This document shows positions 1 through 11,374 of a DNA stretch of 37,807 bases, one piece after another. Each line of letters opens with the position of its first letter. Position 1 is the stretch's first letter. Made by a program: the position numbers and the translations under genes. The stretch is from Octopus bimaculoides (taxonomy: Eukaryota), in contig NC_068986.1 in assembly GCF_001194135.2 (NCBI RefSeq), positions 63,112,832-63,150,638 of the forward strand. Direction: 5' to 3'. The notes under the pieces are model-generated. The model saw only the letters and a program-made list of their open reading frames with translations. It searched no databases and was not told where the DNA came from.

Positions 1-39
<39 letters not shown>

Positions 40-45
40 CATATG
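1..45. repeat. (AT)n microsatellite
   Basis: Run of AT dinucleotides from the window start, ending in ATAC variants. Confidence 0.95.
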
Positions 46-625
46 TAACTGCACACATGGAACAAGCATATGCAAAGCCATGTATACACTTAAGTTCCCC
101 AAATATATCCAAAATAGAAATTTTTCAGTACACCTCGAGACACGTGCGATCACATTGAAAGTCCTACTAGAGTAAGAGACTGTCCAGAAGTGAATGGTAT
201 TAAATTTTCATCTAATATAGGATTAAATTTTGAAAAAAATTTTACTAGTGGCCAGCATATTTAAAAAATACCTTTTAAGGTAAAAATTATAAACAGCTTG
301 TAAATATGGGGAAAAGAAAGAAATTCTTATGCCAAATATGCCGAGGAATAGACTTTAACTTGTCATATAACCACATATAATTCATCACTAAAAGCACATA
401 TCTCGAAGCACGTTGACAGAAATTTCTAAAAAATTCCATTATCACCAGCTCGTCCCAATTTCTAAATTAATTCATAAAGAATTCTCTCGTCATCAGCAGT
501 AAGTACGTTAAAAAATAAATGAAATACTTAACTGCACACATGGAACAAGCATATGCGAAGCCATGAGTACAGGTAAGTACCCCAAATATATCCAAAATAG
601 AAATTTTGCGGTACACCTTGAGACA
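46..625. repeat. Unclassified interspersed repeat with a ~100-bp direct repeat (46-140 and 528-625)
   Basis: AACTGCACACATGGAACAAGCATATGC..CCCCAAATATATCCAAAATAGAAATTTT..GTACACCT.GAGACA occurs twice. The second copy is cut off by the RTE fragment. Confidence 0.8.
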
Positions 626-2022
626 GGGAAAGCCGGGAGTTTCCCTGTCTTCATACCCTTAATTGCTTTATCTACCAAGGTACTGTCAATTCGGATAGCT
701 GGTCCCTCTGTTGGATCGGCATTTGGCAGACTCTCCCATTCATTCTCTTTATTTAGCAACCTTTCATAGTGGCGTCTCCAAACCTCTCTCTTTGCAGCCT
801 TGTTTAATGCAAGTGAACCATCATCCATGCGGACACATTTCTCTCCTATGACATCACGATTCTCTCTCACACACTGTCTCTCAACATGAAATACCTCAAG
901 TCTTTGGTCCTCATGGTGCAGAACATTGGCAAATGTTTTCTAATCTGCTTCCCCTCTGGCTAAATAAACCTGTCTCCTAGCTTTCCTTCTGACAGTCTGA
1001 TACAATTCCCTGCTACCACTGTTCTTCCAGTCCTTCCAAGCCTGCTTCTTTTTCCTAATGGCCCTGTCAACAACATTGTTCCACCACCACCTTACCTTGG
1101 GTCGAGAGGGGACTTTGCACTATCCACAGATCTGGTCAGTGGCCATCAGCAGGTTGTCCTGTAGAAACTTCCAGTTGTCTTCCACATCATGTGATGCTAT
1201 ATCCCCTTCTATTTCATCAAAAGCTTCGAATAAAACGTCTCTAAATCTCTGTCCATTCGCAGGATCTTGAAGCTTCCATACCCTTCTCCTCTATGCTGAT
1301 CGTCTTCTGACTATCCATTTAGCCCTGATCCTGAACTCGCTAACTACTAGTCTATGTTGTGGGGTACGTTCTTCACTTGGGAAGGTTTTGGCATTTATAA
1401 GCAGCCATCTTTCCCTTTTTCTGGTGAGGATGTAGTCAATTTGGTTAGAGTGTCTGCCAGAACGGTAGGTGACTAGGTGACCGGCAAGTTTCCTGAAGTT
1501 AGATTGCAAACCATAAGATCATTTACATTGCAGAACTCCAGCAGCCTGGTTCCTTCCTCATTGCGGGAACCAAAACCATAGCTTCCATGTATGCCAGGGA
1601 AGCCCCCTGTATGTTGTCCAATATGACCATTGAAGTCACCAGCCACAAAGAGAAAGTCCCTGTCATTCGTCAAAGAGGTAGTCAGCAAGAGGGTGTCATA
1701 AAATCAGTCTTTCTGTCCATGAGGCAGCCCCGGCTGAGGGGCATAGGCCGAGATAATGGTTGCTAACCCATGATGTAGCACTAATCTGATCTCAAATATT
1801 CTATTGCAGACCCTGACTACCTCAATTACCTTATCCACCCATTTCTCCACAAGAAGTATACCCACGCCCCCGACCCCATCAGTGTTTCCTGCCCAGAAAA
1901 TCTTGTACCTATGTTCTTTGCCTGTGAGGAATCTAGCGGAACCCTCCACTCCACCTTACCTCTTGGATGCAGTACAAATCTACACATCTCTGTTCAAGCA
2001 TCTCAACAATCTCACCAGACCT
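622..2022 (-). mobile_element. Decayed RTE-clade LINE fragment: APE endonuclease and linker; upstream part lost in the N gap
   Basis: Frameshifted minus-strand ORFs give YKIFWAGNTDGVGGVGIL, ISAYAPQ, VAGDFNGHIG, GFGSRNEEGTRLLEFC, TYRSGRHSNQIDYIL and KAAKREVWRRHYERLLN, typical RTE endonuclease/linker motifs. Multiple stops and frameshifts. Confidence 0.92.
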
Positions 2023-2590
2023 NNNNNNNNNNNNNNNNNNNNNNNNNNNNNNNNNNNNNNNNNNNNNNNNNNNNNNNNNNNNNNNNNNNNNNNNNNNNNN
2101 NNNNNNNNNNNNNNNNNNNNNNNNNNNNNNNNNNNNNNNNNNNNNNNNNNNNNNNNNNNNNNNNNNNNNNNNNNNNNNNNNNNNNNNNNNNNNNNNNNNN
2201 NNNNNNNNNNNNNNNNNNNNNNNNNNNNNNNNNNNNNNNNNNNNNNNNNNNNNNNNNNNNNNNNNNNNNNNNNNNNNNNNNNNNNNNNNNNNNNNNNNNN
2301 NNNNNNNNNNNNNNNNNNNNNNNNNNNNNNNNNNNNNNNNNNNNNNNNNNNNNNNNNNNNNNNNNNNNNNNNNNNNNNNNNNNNNNNNNNNNNNNNNNNN
2401 NNNNNNNNNNNNNNNNNNNNNNNNNNNNNNNNNNNNNNNNNNNNNNNNNNNNNNNNNNNNNNNNNNNNNNNNNNNNNNNNNNNNNNNNNNNNNNNNNNNN
2501 NNNNNNNNNNNNNNNNNNNNNNNNNNNNNNNNNNNNNNNNNNNNNNNNNNNNNNNNNNNNNNNNNNNNNNNNNNNNNNNNNNNNNNNNNN
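2023..2590. other. Assembly gap (N run)
   Basis: Ns in sequence. Confidence 1.
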
Positions 2591-2739
2591 GTGAAATTAG
2601 AGAAGAACGTCTTCTGGATTTGTATTCTTTTAGTGGAGTGATTAAAATGATGTAGTGGAATCCGCGTGAGCTACTTTACATAGGTGGGGTGGTGGAGGAG
2701 GGGGAAATGTTGGAGAAGCAAGTAGTTATCAAAACAGAG

Positions 2740-2990
2740 AGAGAGAGAGAGAGGGACCAGAGTTAGGCTGGTCAAGGATAAAAATATTCTTTTAATATTC
2801 TGGATAACATAATTTAATGAAACAGTAAATGCTGATGACACTGAAATGGAATTGAAAAATCTTAGAATTTTCGGTCAGCCAATCTGTAACAAAATTAGAG
2901 AAATAAGTGACGATGTGACAAAATTGAATAAATGAATAAGTGATGATAGTAAATGCGTTGGAAAGGAAAGAATATATTCTTTTCATAATG
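2740..2990 (-). repeat. Dispersed repeat, inverted relative of the units at 30517-30920 and 31152-31410
   Basis: Reverse complement contains CTAATTTTGTTACAGATTGGCTGACCGAAAA and TTGACCAGCCTAACTCTGGTCCCTCTCTCTC. These match CTAATCTTGTCACAGTTTGGCTAACTGAAAA and TCGACCAGCCTAACCCTGATCTCTCTCTC at 30.6-30.9 kb. Confidence 0.7.
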
Positions 2991-4019
2991 TGTATGTCAG
3001 TATATATATGTATATGTGTGTTTGAGTGTATGGATTCTAAACAGTGTAGGCTCCTATCGATAGATTTTTAGTACAGACTGCAAGATGAAAATTTCTTTTT
3101 AATGCTGCTAAATTGTATAACATAAGGATTTCTTACATTACATTTCCAAAGACTGAATTTAAAAAATAGTTTTAGTTGATTTAATTGGCCCCTGGACATG
3201 CCTAATATAAATTTTATTGGCTTCTTCCTGCTGAATTAGAACTTGAAGATACAAGAAATTATATATTGCACAGCATTTAGTCTTATGCTACCACATCATT
3301 ACCCTTGGAATTTCTAATATAACTCTAATTTACTAATGTCACTAAACTTCCACATATCAAAAAATTATGGTTGAGAGTTTTATGTCTAAACAACTTTTGA
3401 TGAATGGGAAAGGCATGGAAGTTGTAATGTCTAAGAGTTTTTATATTTTGTTTACTTAATTTTTCTTTAGTAAGAGTAGCTTTTGAGATTAAGTTGATGC
3501 ATTTCAGACTGTATGGTAATGAGTTGAAAAATATACCCCTGGTCAAAGCACATATTTCTGTAATTACCTCAATCAGGATGAATATTTGTGCTTAGCTCTT
3601 GGAATGGCTAATGATAAGGAAAGCATACAACTATGAAGATTCATCAACATGAAATAATTAAATTTGTAAAATAAAGAGAATGAAATCAATTGTTCACACA
3701 TTTTAAATTTTTTCAGTGGATTCAGTCATTAGACTATGGCCCTACTGAGGTAATACTTGCAAAGGTTTTTATTTGATTATATTGATCCCAGTACTTATCT
3801 TAGTCAGGTACTTATTTTATCGATCTCAATTTACCAAAGGAGTAGGTTACCTAACTGATGTAAAGGAATTGAGCTTGATGCACCATTTTACACATGTATA
3901 CACAAACATAACTATGTTTAATCCGGGTTCTGCTGGTGCATGTATATGTGACAAAGCAAGAAACCTGCCCTCTTTTGGCTCTTTCTCTCCTACTTGCTAG
4001 CTACATGGCAACATAAATA

Positions 4020-4210
4020 GTGATGGTGTCACAATAAAAGTACCCAGTACATGTTGTAAAGTGATTGACATTAGGAAGGGCATCTCACCTTAGAAACCAT
4101 GCTAAAGCAGACTCTAGAGCACAATGAGTCCTTGGACTCATCAGAACCTGTCAACCCATCTTGCCCATGCCAGCATGGAAAATGGACACTAAATGGCAAT
4201 GTTGATGATA
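4020..4210 (+). mobile_element. SINE/LINE 3' tail fragment (TTAGGAAGGGCATC...CCCATGCCAGCATGGAAAA...GATGAT type)
   Basis: Similar segments occur at ~15040-15170 (+) and ~15560-15680 (-). Ends in a (GAT)-like tail. Confidence 0.6.
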
Positions 4211-4221
4211 TGTATAACAGA

Positions 4222-4376
4222 AGGGCTTGCACACAGTTTCCAGATATCAAATGTCATTCACAAGCACTGGTCCACTTAAAGCTACAGTAGAAGATACTTG
4301 ACCAAGGTGCTGTGCAGCTGGATTGAACCAAGGTTGCTAAGCAAACTTTTAACCATACATTCATGCTTGTGCCTAT
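4222..4376 (-). mobile_element. tRNA-derived SINE, family A, diverged copy
   Basis: Reverse complement aligns with the head and body of the 37541 copy (GGTTCAATCC B-box-like, CCTTGGTCAAGTATCTTCTAC, TGTGAATG). Confidence 0.7.
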
Positions 4377-6099
4377 CCCTTGTTAGCATTATTTGATTAT
4401 ATTTATTCCATTGGGAAGTACAGTGGTGATAGTTATTTTGAACCCTTCAAGGCTGTATGACATGGGTAGTATTCTTTTTATTAGTGTAGTTAATGCTTGC
4501 TTTAGACTGTTGAAAGTTTTAAGTTGAAGGGATGGGTCAGAAAATGTGTTCCAGATGAATATTCTGGGGTAGGAGAGGAGGCATTTAAGATGGTAATATA
4601 GTTTGTATTTTTTTTTCAAAAGAATTATGAATTTTTTAACTAATTTTTCATATCTTAAAGCATTTCTTGTTTACTTTTTTTTTTTATTTCACTTGACAAA
4701 TTTTGAAACTTGCAAATTCATTCATTTCTCTGAGCAAGAAACAAAACTGAACAAAATTAATTATTATTTATTTATTTTGATTGAAAGTAAGTGCATAGAC
4801 TGAAAATTGAGTGTTAAATTTAGCTAGTGTTTAATTAAAAAAATAATAATAGTTACAATAAACTATGCTTTTGTGATAAGAACAAAACATGGTGTAGTCT
4901 TTCTTCATTGTTGGATTTTTATGGATGTGTTTTCATTTCATGGACAATTAATGTACTATTTAGCACATAATACTTCCATCAACTTTGTTATTTAAATGAG
5001 ATTATTTTCTTTCAGTTATCTGTTTAGTCATATGAAAAATATAATGTTGCTTATCAGATATTTTTTTTTTGTTATTGTTTTCTGCACTTACTCTAAAAGA
5101 ATAACAGCTTTAAGTAGTTGTTTTTATATTAAAATATGAATGAAAAATATAAAAACACACTTCATTTAGATAAAATTCTGTTTAGATTTTCATAAGTGCT
5201 CTTAAGTTTTTGACTTGAGTTTTCATGCTTTGACTTCACTATGTTAATATAAAGAATTATGACATTATCAAAAGACAGCATATTGGTCAGCTTTGAGCAT
5301 AAAAATTTGAACTTTTTTCTAATTTTGCCTCAGGCACACGTTGAAAATGTTGTGTAGGCACTTTAATGCATCACCCAATTTAACAGTGCAATCTAGCCAT
5401 TAGTGTCTTTAGAGAAGTCAATTTGTTGTAAGCATTTTGGACAGATCTGCTGTGAGTGATTTTTTTCATCCAACCTTTCCTCTTTGGAAACCTGAAGAAG
5501 TCATGGGTGCTGCTCTTCTACCTTTGATGGGATCATAAAAAAAAAGAGGTTAATAGTTTTAAAATGGGTGCTAGCATACTTTATGTAATCAATCAAGAAA
5601 ATTCAATTAATTACATTTAAACTCTTCGTGATGAGAGATGTCATTATTTACATGACTAGCTTTGTTCAAAAAAGGCAGAGAGGATAATCATAAAACTTTA
5701 GCAAATTAAAATTAAATATTGAATGCAGTGGGTTGCAACTCTTGTCTTTAGCACTACTGCAACAATCTTGGACATGTTCCAATCTTTTTAGATCTCATCA
5801 GTAAAGCATAGTCTGTTACAGTAAGATCTCTGAATTGCTAGAGAGTTATTAGGTTTTACATGAAAGAACATTGAGTGGCATTTTAAAACTTAAAAGGAGG
5901 AAAATACTCAAGGATCAATGCTGCAAGAAAACTTAAAAGTGAATTGCTAGTATAGTTGGTGTACTAAGCCTATAGATTTAAATTTCACCAGTACTTAATG
6001 GAGTACAAGAGTCACTGAGAATCATAAAGGGGTATGACTTAATACTGTAAGGCATGCTTTTGTTACCTTATTCTGCCATCCATTACTATCAAATCTGAA

Positions 6100-6312
6100 G
6101 ATAACAATGATAATAATTCTTTCTGCTACAAGAACAAAGCCTGAAATTTTGGGTGAAACGGATGGTTGATTATATTGACTGCCAGTCATCCTCAAAAGGA
6201 TGAAAGGCATAGCTGACCTCAGTAGAATTTGAACTCAGAACGTAAAGCCAGAAGAAATGTTGCTAAGCATTTTTATCCTGCGTGTTAACAATTCTACCTT
6301 CTTGGCCCCTTA
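6100..6312 (-). mobile_element. SINE family B (GGTGAGCTGGCAGAA head; GACTTTGCCTTTCATCCTTT core)
   Basis: AAAAGGATGAAAGGC...GACCTC.G..GAATTTGAACTCAGAACGTAAAG is the reverse complement of the family core. Confidence 0.8.
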
Positions 6313-6330
6313 ATAATAATTATAACAGTT

Positions 6331-6543
6331 CTTTCCACTACAGGCATAAGGCCTGGAATTTTGTGGGGAGGGCTTAATCATTTACATCAACCCCTGTGCT
6401 CAACTGGTACTTATTCTATTTACCCCAAAAGGATGAAAGCAAAGTTAACCTTGGCTACATTTGAACTAAAAACATAAAGCTGGAAGAAATACCACTAAGC
6501 ATTTTATCCAGCATGCTATCAATTCTACTAGCTCATCACCTTA
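6331..6543 (-). mobile_element. SINE family B
   Basis: Full head-to-tail reverse complement of the 6619-6826 copy. Confidence 0.85.
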
Positions 6544-6551
6544 ATAATAGT

Positions 6552-6571
6552 AATTGTTATTATTGTTGTTG

Positions 6572-6618
<47 letters not shown>
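6552..6618. repeat. (ATT)n/(GTT)n microsatellite
   Basis: Direct reading. Confidence 0.95.
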
Positions 6619-6620
<2 letters not shown>

Positions 6621-6872
6621 GGTGGTGAGCTAGCAGAATTGTTTGTATGCCAGGCAAAATACTTAGCGGTGCTTTGTCTATCTTTACATCCTAAGTTCAA
6701 ATTCCACCGAGGTTGACTTTGCCTTTCATCCTTTCAGGGTTGATAAAATAAGTTGAACACTAGGGTTGATGTAATCAACTCATCCCCTCCCACCAAATTG
6801 CTGCCCTTGTGGAAAAATTTGAAACCATTATTATTATTATTATTATTATTATTATCATTATTATTATTATTA

Positions 6873-6906
<34 letters not shown>
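6619..6906 (+). mobile_element. SINE family B with (ATT)n tail
   Basis: GGTGGTGAGCTAGCAGAA head, AGTTCAAATTCC B-box-like, GAGGTTGACTTTGCCTTTCATCCTTTCAGGGTTGATAAAATAAG core, (ATT)n from 6827 to 6906. Confidence 0.9.
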
Positions 6907-7217
6907 GGTCAGGTTAACAGAAATGGAAGACTGTCCTGGACTAGAAGCCTAATTGTATCTATACTCCTCTGTTATGAATGCGAAACTGAATCCTTTGCAA
7001 TATTTAGTCTTATCTGCTGACTTTAAGGTGTATAATATTTACTACCAACAAAGTAATGTGATCAGTTTCATTGGCTGTTGTCATGCCAGTAAAAGATAGC
7101 TGTGAACCAATGAAAACAAAAGAAAAAGAACATTAAATTACTCAGAGGTTGATGGTATCAACTAACCGCCACCCCATCAAATTTGCTGGCCTTGTGCCTA
7201 AATTAGTAATTATTATA

Positions 7218-7425
7218 GTCACGAGCTGGCAGAAACATTAGCACACCGAACGAAATGCTTAGTGGTATTTCATCTGTCTTTACATTCTGAGTTCAAATCC
7301 TACCGAGGTCAACTTTGCCTCTCATCCTTCTGGGGTTGATGAAATAAGTACATTACACACTGAGGTCCATGTAATGAAATAACCCCTCCCCCAAAATTTC
7401 AGGCTTTGTACCTATAGTAGAAAGG

Positions 7426-7463
<38 letters not shown>

Positions 7464-7486
7464 CATTATTATCGTTATTATCATTA
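7218..7486 (+). mobile_element. SINE family B with (ATT)n tail
   Basis: GAGCTGGCAGAAACATTAGCAC head, GAGTTCAAATCC, GAGGTCAACTTTGCCTCTCATCCTTCTGGGGTTGATGAAATAAGTAC, (ATT)n tail. Confidence 0.9.
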
Positions 7487-7590
7487 AGAAGGTGGCAAGC
7501 TGGCAGAACTATTATTAAGCTGAACAAAATGCTTAGTGGCATTTCATTTGTCTTTACATTTAGAGCTCAAATTCTGCCCTGGTCAACTTT
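7487..7590 (+). mobile_element. SINE family B, 3'-truncated, abutting the mariner fragment
   Basis: AAGGTGGCAAGCTGGCAGAA...GAGCTCAAATTCTGCCCTGGTCAACTTT, then an abrupt switch to transposase sequence. Confidence 0.8.
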
Positions 7591-8352
7591 GAAAAGTCAG
7601 CAAATTGGGTTAATGGGTTCCTCAGAAACTTTCCAAGTCTAATCGCACACAGAGAGTAAATGTGTGCTCTTTTCTGCTGTTATGTCTCACAAATGAGCCT
7701 TTTTTGGACTGAATAGTGACTGGTGACAAGAAATGGGTTCTCTATAAAAATGTTAAGTGCTGAAAACAGTGGGTAGGGAAAGGAAAAATACCAGCACCCC
7801 AAGCTAAAGAAGGTCTTCACTCACGTAAGTGTTATCTGTTTGGTGGGATATGAAAGGTTTAGTCCACTTTGAACTTTTAAACCCAAATCAAACAATAACA
7901 AAGGAGATTTACTGTGAGCAGCTTGAGCTGTTTAAGTCAGTGCTAGAAAAAAAACTACCATCTATGGTTTCAAGACAAAAAGTGTTTTTCCATGAGGATA
8001 ATGCTCGGCCACATACATTCCAAAGGCTGGAGCAGTTTGAATGGGAAACAGTGTTCCACCCACCATATTCGCTGAACATTGCTCCATCTAATTATCAGTT
8101 ATTCCGCAGTCTTGAAAATCATTTGGATGGAAAAAATATGAATTCTGTAGACAAGGTCAGAACAGTGCTGGAGGAGTATTTTTTGTCATGGACTAGTGAA
8201 TTTTGGAAGCGGGGCTTTGCAAGTCTACCAGATAGATGGAAGAGCATTGTAGAAAATGAAGTAGAGTATATTTTAGATGAAGAAAGAACTTTGTATATCT
8301 TCATTTTGAAAAATAAAAGAGGTATAAAAAGCTGCATTATCGGATGACCCAA
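7591..8352 (+). mobile_element. Mariner (Tc1/mariner DD34D-type) transposase pseudogene, 3' two-thirds plus putative right TIR
   Basis: Motifs WVP, IVTGDKKW (GDEKW), LSVWWDMKG, FHEDNARPH and HPPYSLNIAPSNYQLF (YSPDLAPSDYHLF). The third catalytic D reads as N, and the D-D spacing is 30 rather than 34 residues. Upstream stop and frameshifts. TIR-like end AAAAGCTGCATTATCGGATGACCCAA. Confidence 0.93.
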
Positions 8353-8809
8353 TCTACTATATATGTGGGAAATTTTGTTTGTGGGTGTGTTTGTGGAGTT
8401 GTTAGATAACTCCTACACCGTTTTATCGATTTTTATGAAACTTGACACATGAGTAGGACTCATATCTGGAAACCTCATGGCATACTCAGATTGTTGAAAA
8501 AAAAGTCAATAATAGGGCATCTGGAAGGGATCCTTATATATATCGAATATATTTTATTTTAAAAACCAAGGGAAACAACCCATTTGCCCTTGGAAGGGAT
8601 CTTTATGTATAGCCAAGGGAAATAACCCATTCATTTTCCTAAATTATTTGGTAAAAATGAAATGGAGTATGCTTATTTCTTAGTATTTGAACTGTTAGTT
8701 ATCTTCACAATTTATCCAGTACAACCCTTAAACAAGTCAATAGTATTTTCCTAAACAATAGATCCACTTATTTTGGTTAGTGACTTATTCACGACTATAC
8801 CAACACTAG
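8353..8809 (+). mobile_element. Candidate non-autonomous Helitron (Lep1/HINE-like)
   Basis: Starts TC TACTATATAT, then a TTTGTTTGTG-type tract and ACCGTTTTATCGATTTTTATGAAACTTGACAC. Ends CTAG at 8806-8809 and is flanked by A8352 and T8810. The subterminal hairpin is weak (GTGA-CTTAT-TCAC). Confidence 0.55.
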
Positions 8810-9189
8810 TGCCTCTGAGGGTAATATTCTCTTGGAATGCATAAAAGCCCTTTTCAGAGTTATTTACTTTGAATTGTTATCTCATATCTGATTAGCCTGT
8901 TTTTATGTAACATGCTTCATGATTTTAATATACATACCTTATTAGTATTTCCTCCTGTGTTCTGTATACTCTGTGAACACATTAAAGCCCTTTTCAGGGC
9001 TACTTTATTTAAATTCTTACTATAGGGTAACTAATTTCATGTTATTACATAACTGACTTCACAATTTGGGTATTCATAACATATTGGGAATTCCTAAAAA
9101 CAAGATCCTGTGTAAGACAGTTCAGTATTCTCTGTAAATGCACAAAAACTGTTTTGGGGGCTACATACTTTGTATTGTTGTTATTGGAT

Positions 9190-9296
9190 NNNNNNNNNNN
9201 NNNNNNNNNNNNNNNNNNNNNNNNNNNNNNNNNNNNNNNNNNNNNNNNNNNNNNNNNNNNNNNNNNNNNNNNNNNNNNNNNNNNNNNNNNNNNNNN
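9190..9296. other. Assembly gap (N run)
   Basis: Ns in sequence. Confidence 1.
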
Positions 9297-9329
9297 GTAC
9301 ATCAGCTAATATATATATATATATATATA

Positions 9330-9452
9330 TATGACAGGCTTCTTTCAGTTTCTGTTTACCAAATCCACTCACAAGGCTATAGTAGAAGACACTTGCCCAA
9401 GGTGCCATGCAGAGGGACTGAACCTGGAACAAACTTCTTACCATACAGCTAC
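9330..9452 (-). mobile_element. tRNA-derived SINE family A, internally deleted copy
   Basis: GACAGGCTTCTTTCAGTTTCTGTTTACCAAATCCACTCACAAGGC...CTTGCCCAAGGTGCCATGCAGAGGGACTGAACC is the reverse complement of the 37541 copy. Confidence 0.88.
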
Positions 9453-9584
9453 ATGGTTAAGATTTTCTTTGGCTATTTTCCTATGATTAAAGAAATTCCA
9501 CTTGTGACCTTTCCATTTTTAATTTTAAGATTTCACTATTCACTGTGTCTTGCTTTTAAAAAAACAAAAGACAAAAATTAATAG

Positions 9585-9660
9585 GATATGTGATGTGAGG
9601 AACATTTGGCTGCTATTTTTATTTGGTTAAGCAACTACATAGAAGTTCCCTTGTTGGCTT
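9585..9660 (+). repeat. Fragment of dispersed family D
   Basis: ATTTGGCTGCTATTTTT...CTACATAGAAGTTCCCTTGTTGGC matches the end of the 10155-10335 copy. Confidence 0.6.
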
Positions 9661-10154
9661 ATTTTGGTAGTGGTGGTAGTGGGATAGCATGAAAGATATT
9701 GTTGTAAAAAGTTCCAGTAGATGCAGTGTTCTAAATAGTAATTTTGGGCTGATACTTAATATGGAGTACTGTGGGTTAATTTACTAGGGAAAGTGTTAGT
9801 ATATTGATTTAGGTGGAGTCATAATAACACTACACTATAATTTTGCATAAATCAGAAGAAATGAACTTTCAGTTGCCTTCTTTATGCTAAATGAACTTTA
9901 AAGTATGTTCTCGAAATGAAAACAGTAATTAACGTTCTATTTTGGGGGTATAATTTTCTGTTTTTGTAGGTTGGTTCCCAGAACAAAGTTGCTTTGTCAC
10001 ATGACATTTCATCACACCAATTTTTTATTTTTTAATTATTATTCTTGCATATTTGGTGGCATGAAGCTACATGATCTGCTGTGGAGTAGTGAGCAATATG
10101 TGTTTTGATGCAGCCATTCACAAAAACTACTTTTCCTTGACATTGAAGTTATTG

Positions 10155-10335
10155 TTATTTCACCCCAGGTCATCCCTGATCAAAGACATTCCAGACATGA
10201 CCATCCCATAATTTCTATTTTGGACGTATTATATCTTGAACTACATTATCCAGTGTATCCATTTTTTTTTTAAAGTGATAGGATATGATTTGGTGGTACT
10301 TTGGCTCCTATTTCTGGCAGGTCAAATGATTACAT
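10155..10335 (+). repeat. Dispersed family D (CCCCAGGTCA..CCTGATC..ATCAAAGACATTCCAG...TTTGGCTGCTATTTCT..CAGGTC...AGAGGCTCCCTC), probably a retroposon
   Basis: Similar segments at 21795-21975 (+), 23490-23695 (-), 28190-28285 (-) and 29545-29765 (+). Confidence 0.65.
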
Positions 10336-11374
10336 AGAGGCTCCCTCATTGGTTTGTTAACATTGAAGTTTGTTGACATTTGTTTATTTGTAGACATTTT
10401 GAGCATCAGCTGCAAATTGACCATTTTGTGTCTGTCTAGTAGATTCTCTTTCAGTTATAAGTCACACAAACACTTATAAACTTCTTTTTCTTCTGACAAT
10501 GGAAATCCAGACTACATTGATAATCATATTGTAAAACATTTTGCTACAGGTGAGAAATAACTTAGCAAAGAAAATTTGCAAACCATTCTACATATTGTAA
10601 CATAGTTCTTTGCTTAAAGATATAATATTTTTTGCCTATAGTATCTGTTTTTTTTTGGTAATCTGATGGTAAAACTCCTAGTTTTTTAAAAAGACTAGGA
10701 GAGAAAATGATGTCTCTAAAACTACTGCTCAACAAGAGAAATTTTGAAACTTGTTTGATTAATCCTGATACTTTGCTGTAATTTTAGAGGTGAATCCACT
10801 AAAGTCTAAACAACTGTTACAGTACAGAAAAATAATGCTGTTGTTAAAATTGTGTAAAAAAAATATCTGAGGTTGTCTCTTATTGTTTGTGTGTGTGTGT
10901 TCCCATTGAAACAATTGTCTTTCTATGGTAGGTCACTATTTTCTGCACACAATTCATAAATTGAAGGTGAGGTAATATTTCTATAGAATTTTTCTCTCTC
11001 TCTCACATAACTTTGATAATTTGACATGGGTTCTTTTGGGTTTTTTCTATTTCCTGATGTTGGTTTTGCAGATATTTCAGCTGTTAAACTCAACATCACC
11101 TATCCTACTTTATCAACCAGTTTAATTTATCTGCTAGAACCATCTGGACACTGTATGACTTTAAAACCTTGTCTATTAGTTTGTCATGGTGCTAGCTTTA
11201 CAACATCACTTTGATCTCTTCATGTCGTTTGGTGTGCAGTGAATGTTAAAATTCTTCATCAAATAATACATACAACTGACATCCACATTGCTGGACAATT
11301 CTGGATGGTTAAACACCACGTTTTCTATGTAAAATTTAAAACCAATCTACTTTTTCCCTTCTAGATATTTATTC

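Noticed and set aside
440-500. Minus-strand CUGAUGA...GAAA as a second hammerhead
   Set aside because: Stem II does not close next to the core, and no UH triplet with a stem I partner follows.
1804-2655. Long ORFs in the track (also 9045-9581 and 33959-34687)
   Set aside because: They are open only because they cross N gaps and microsatellites.
6552-7486. Regularly spaced repeats resembling a CRISPR-like array
   Set aside because: These are ~200-bp SINE copies with microsatellite tails in a eukaryotic context, with no short repeat-spacer periodicity.
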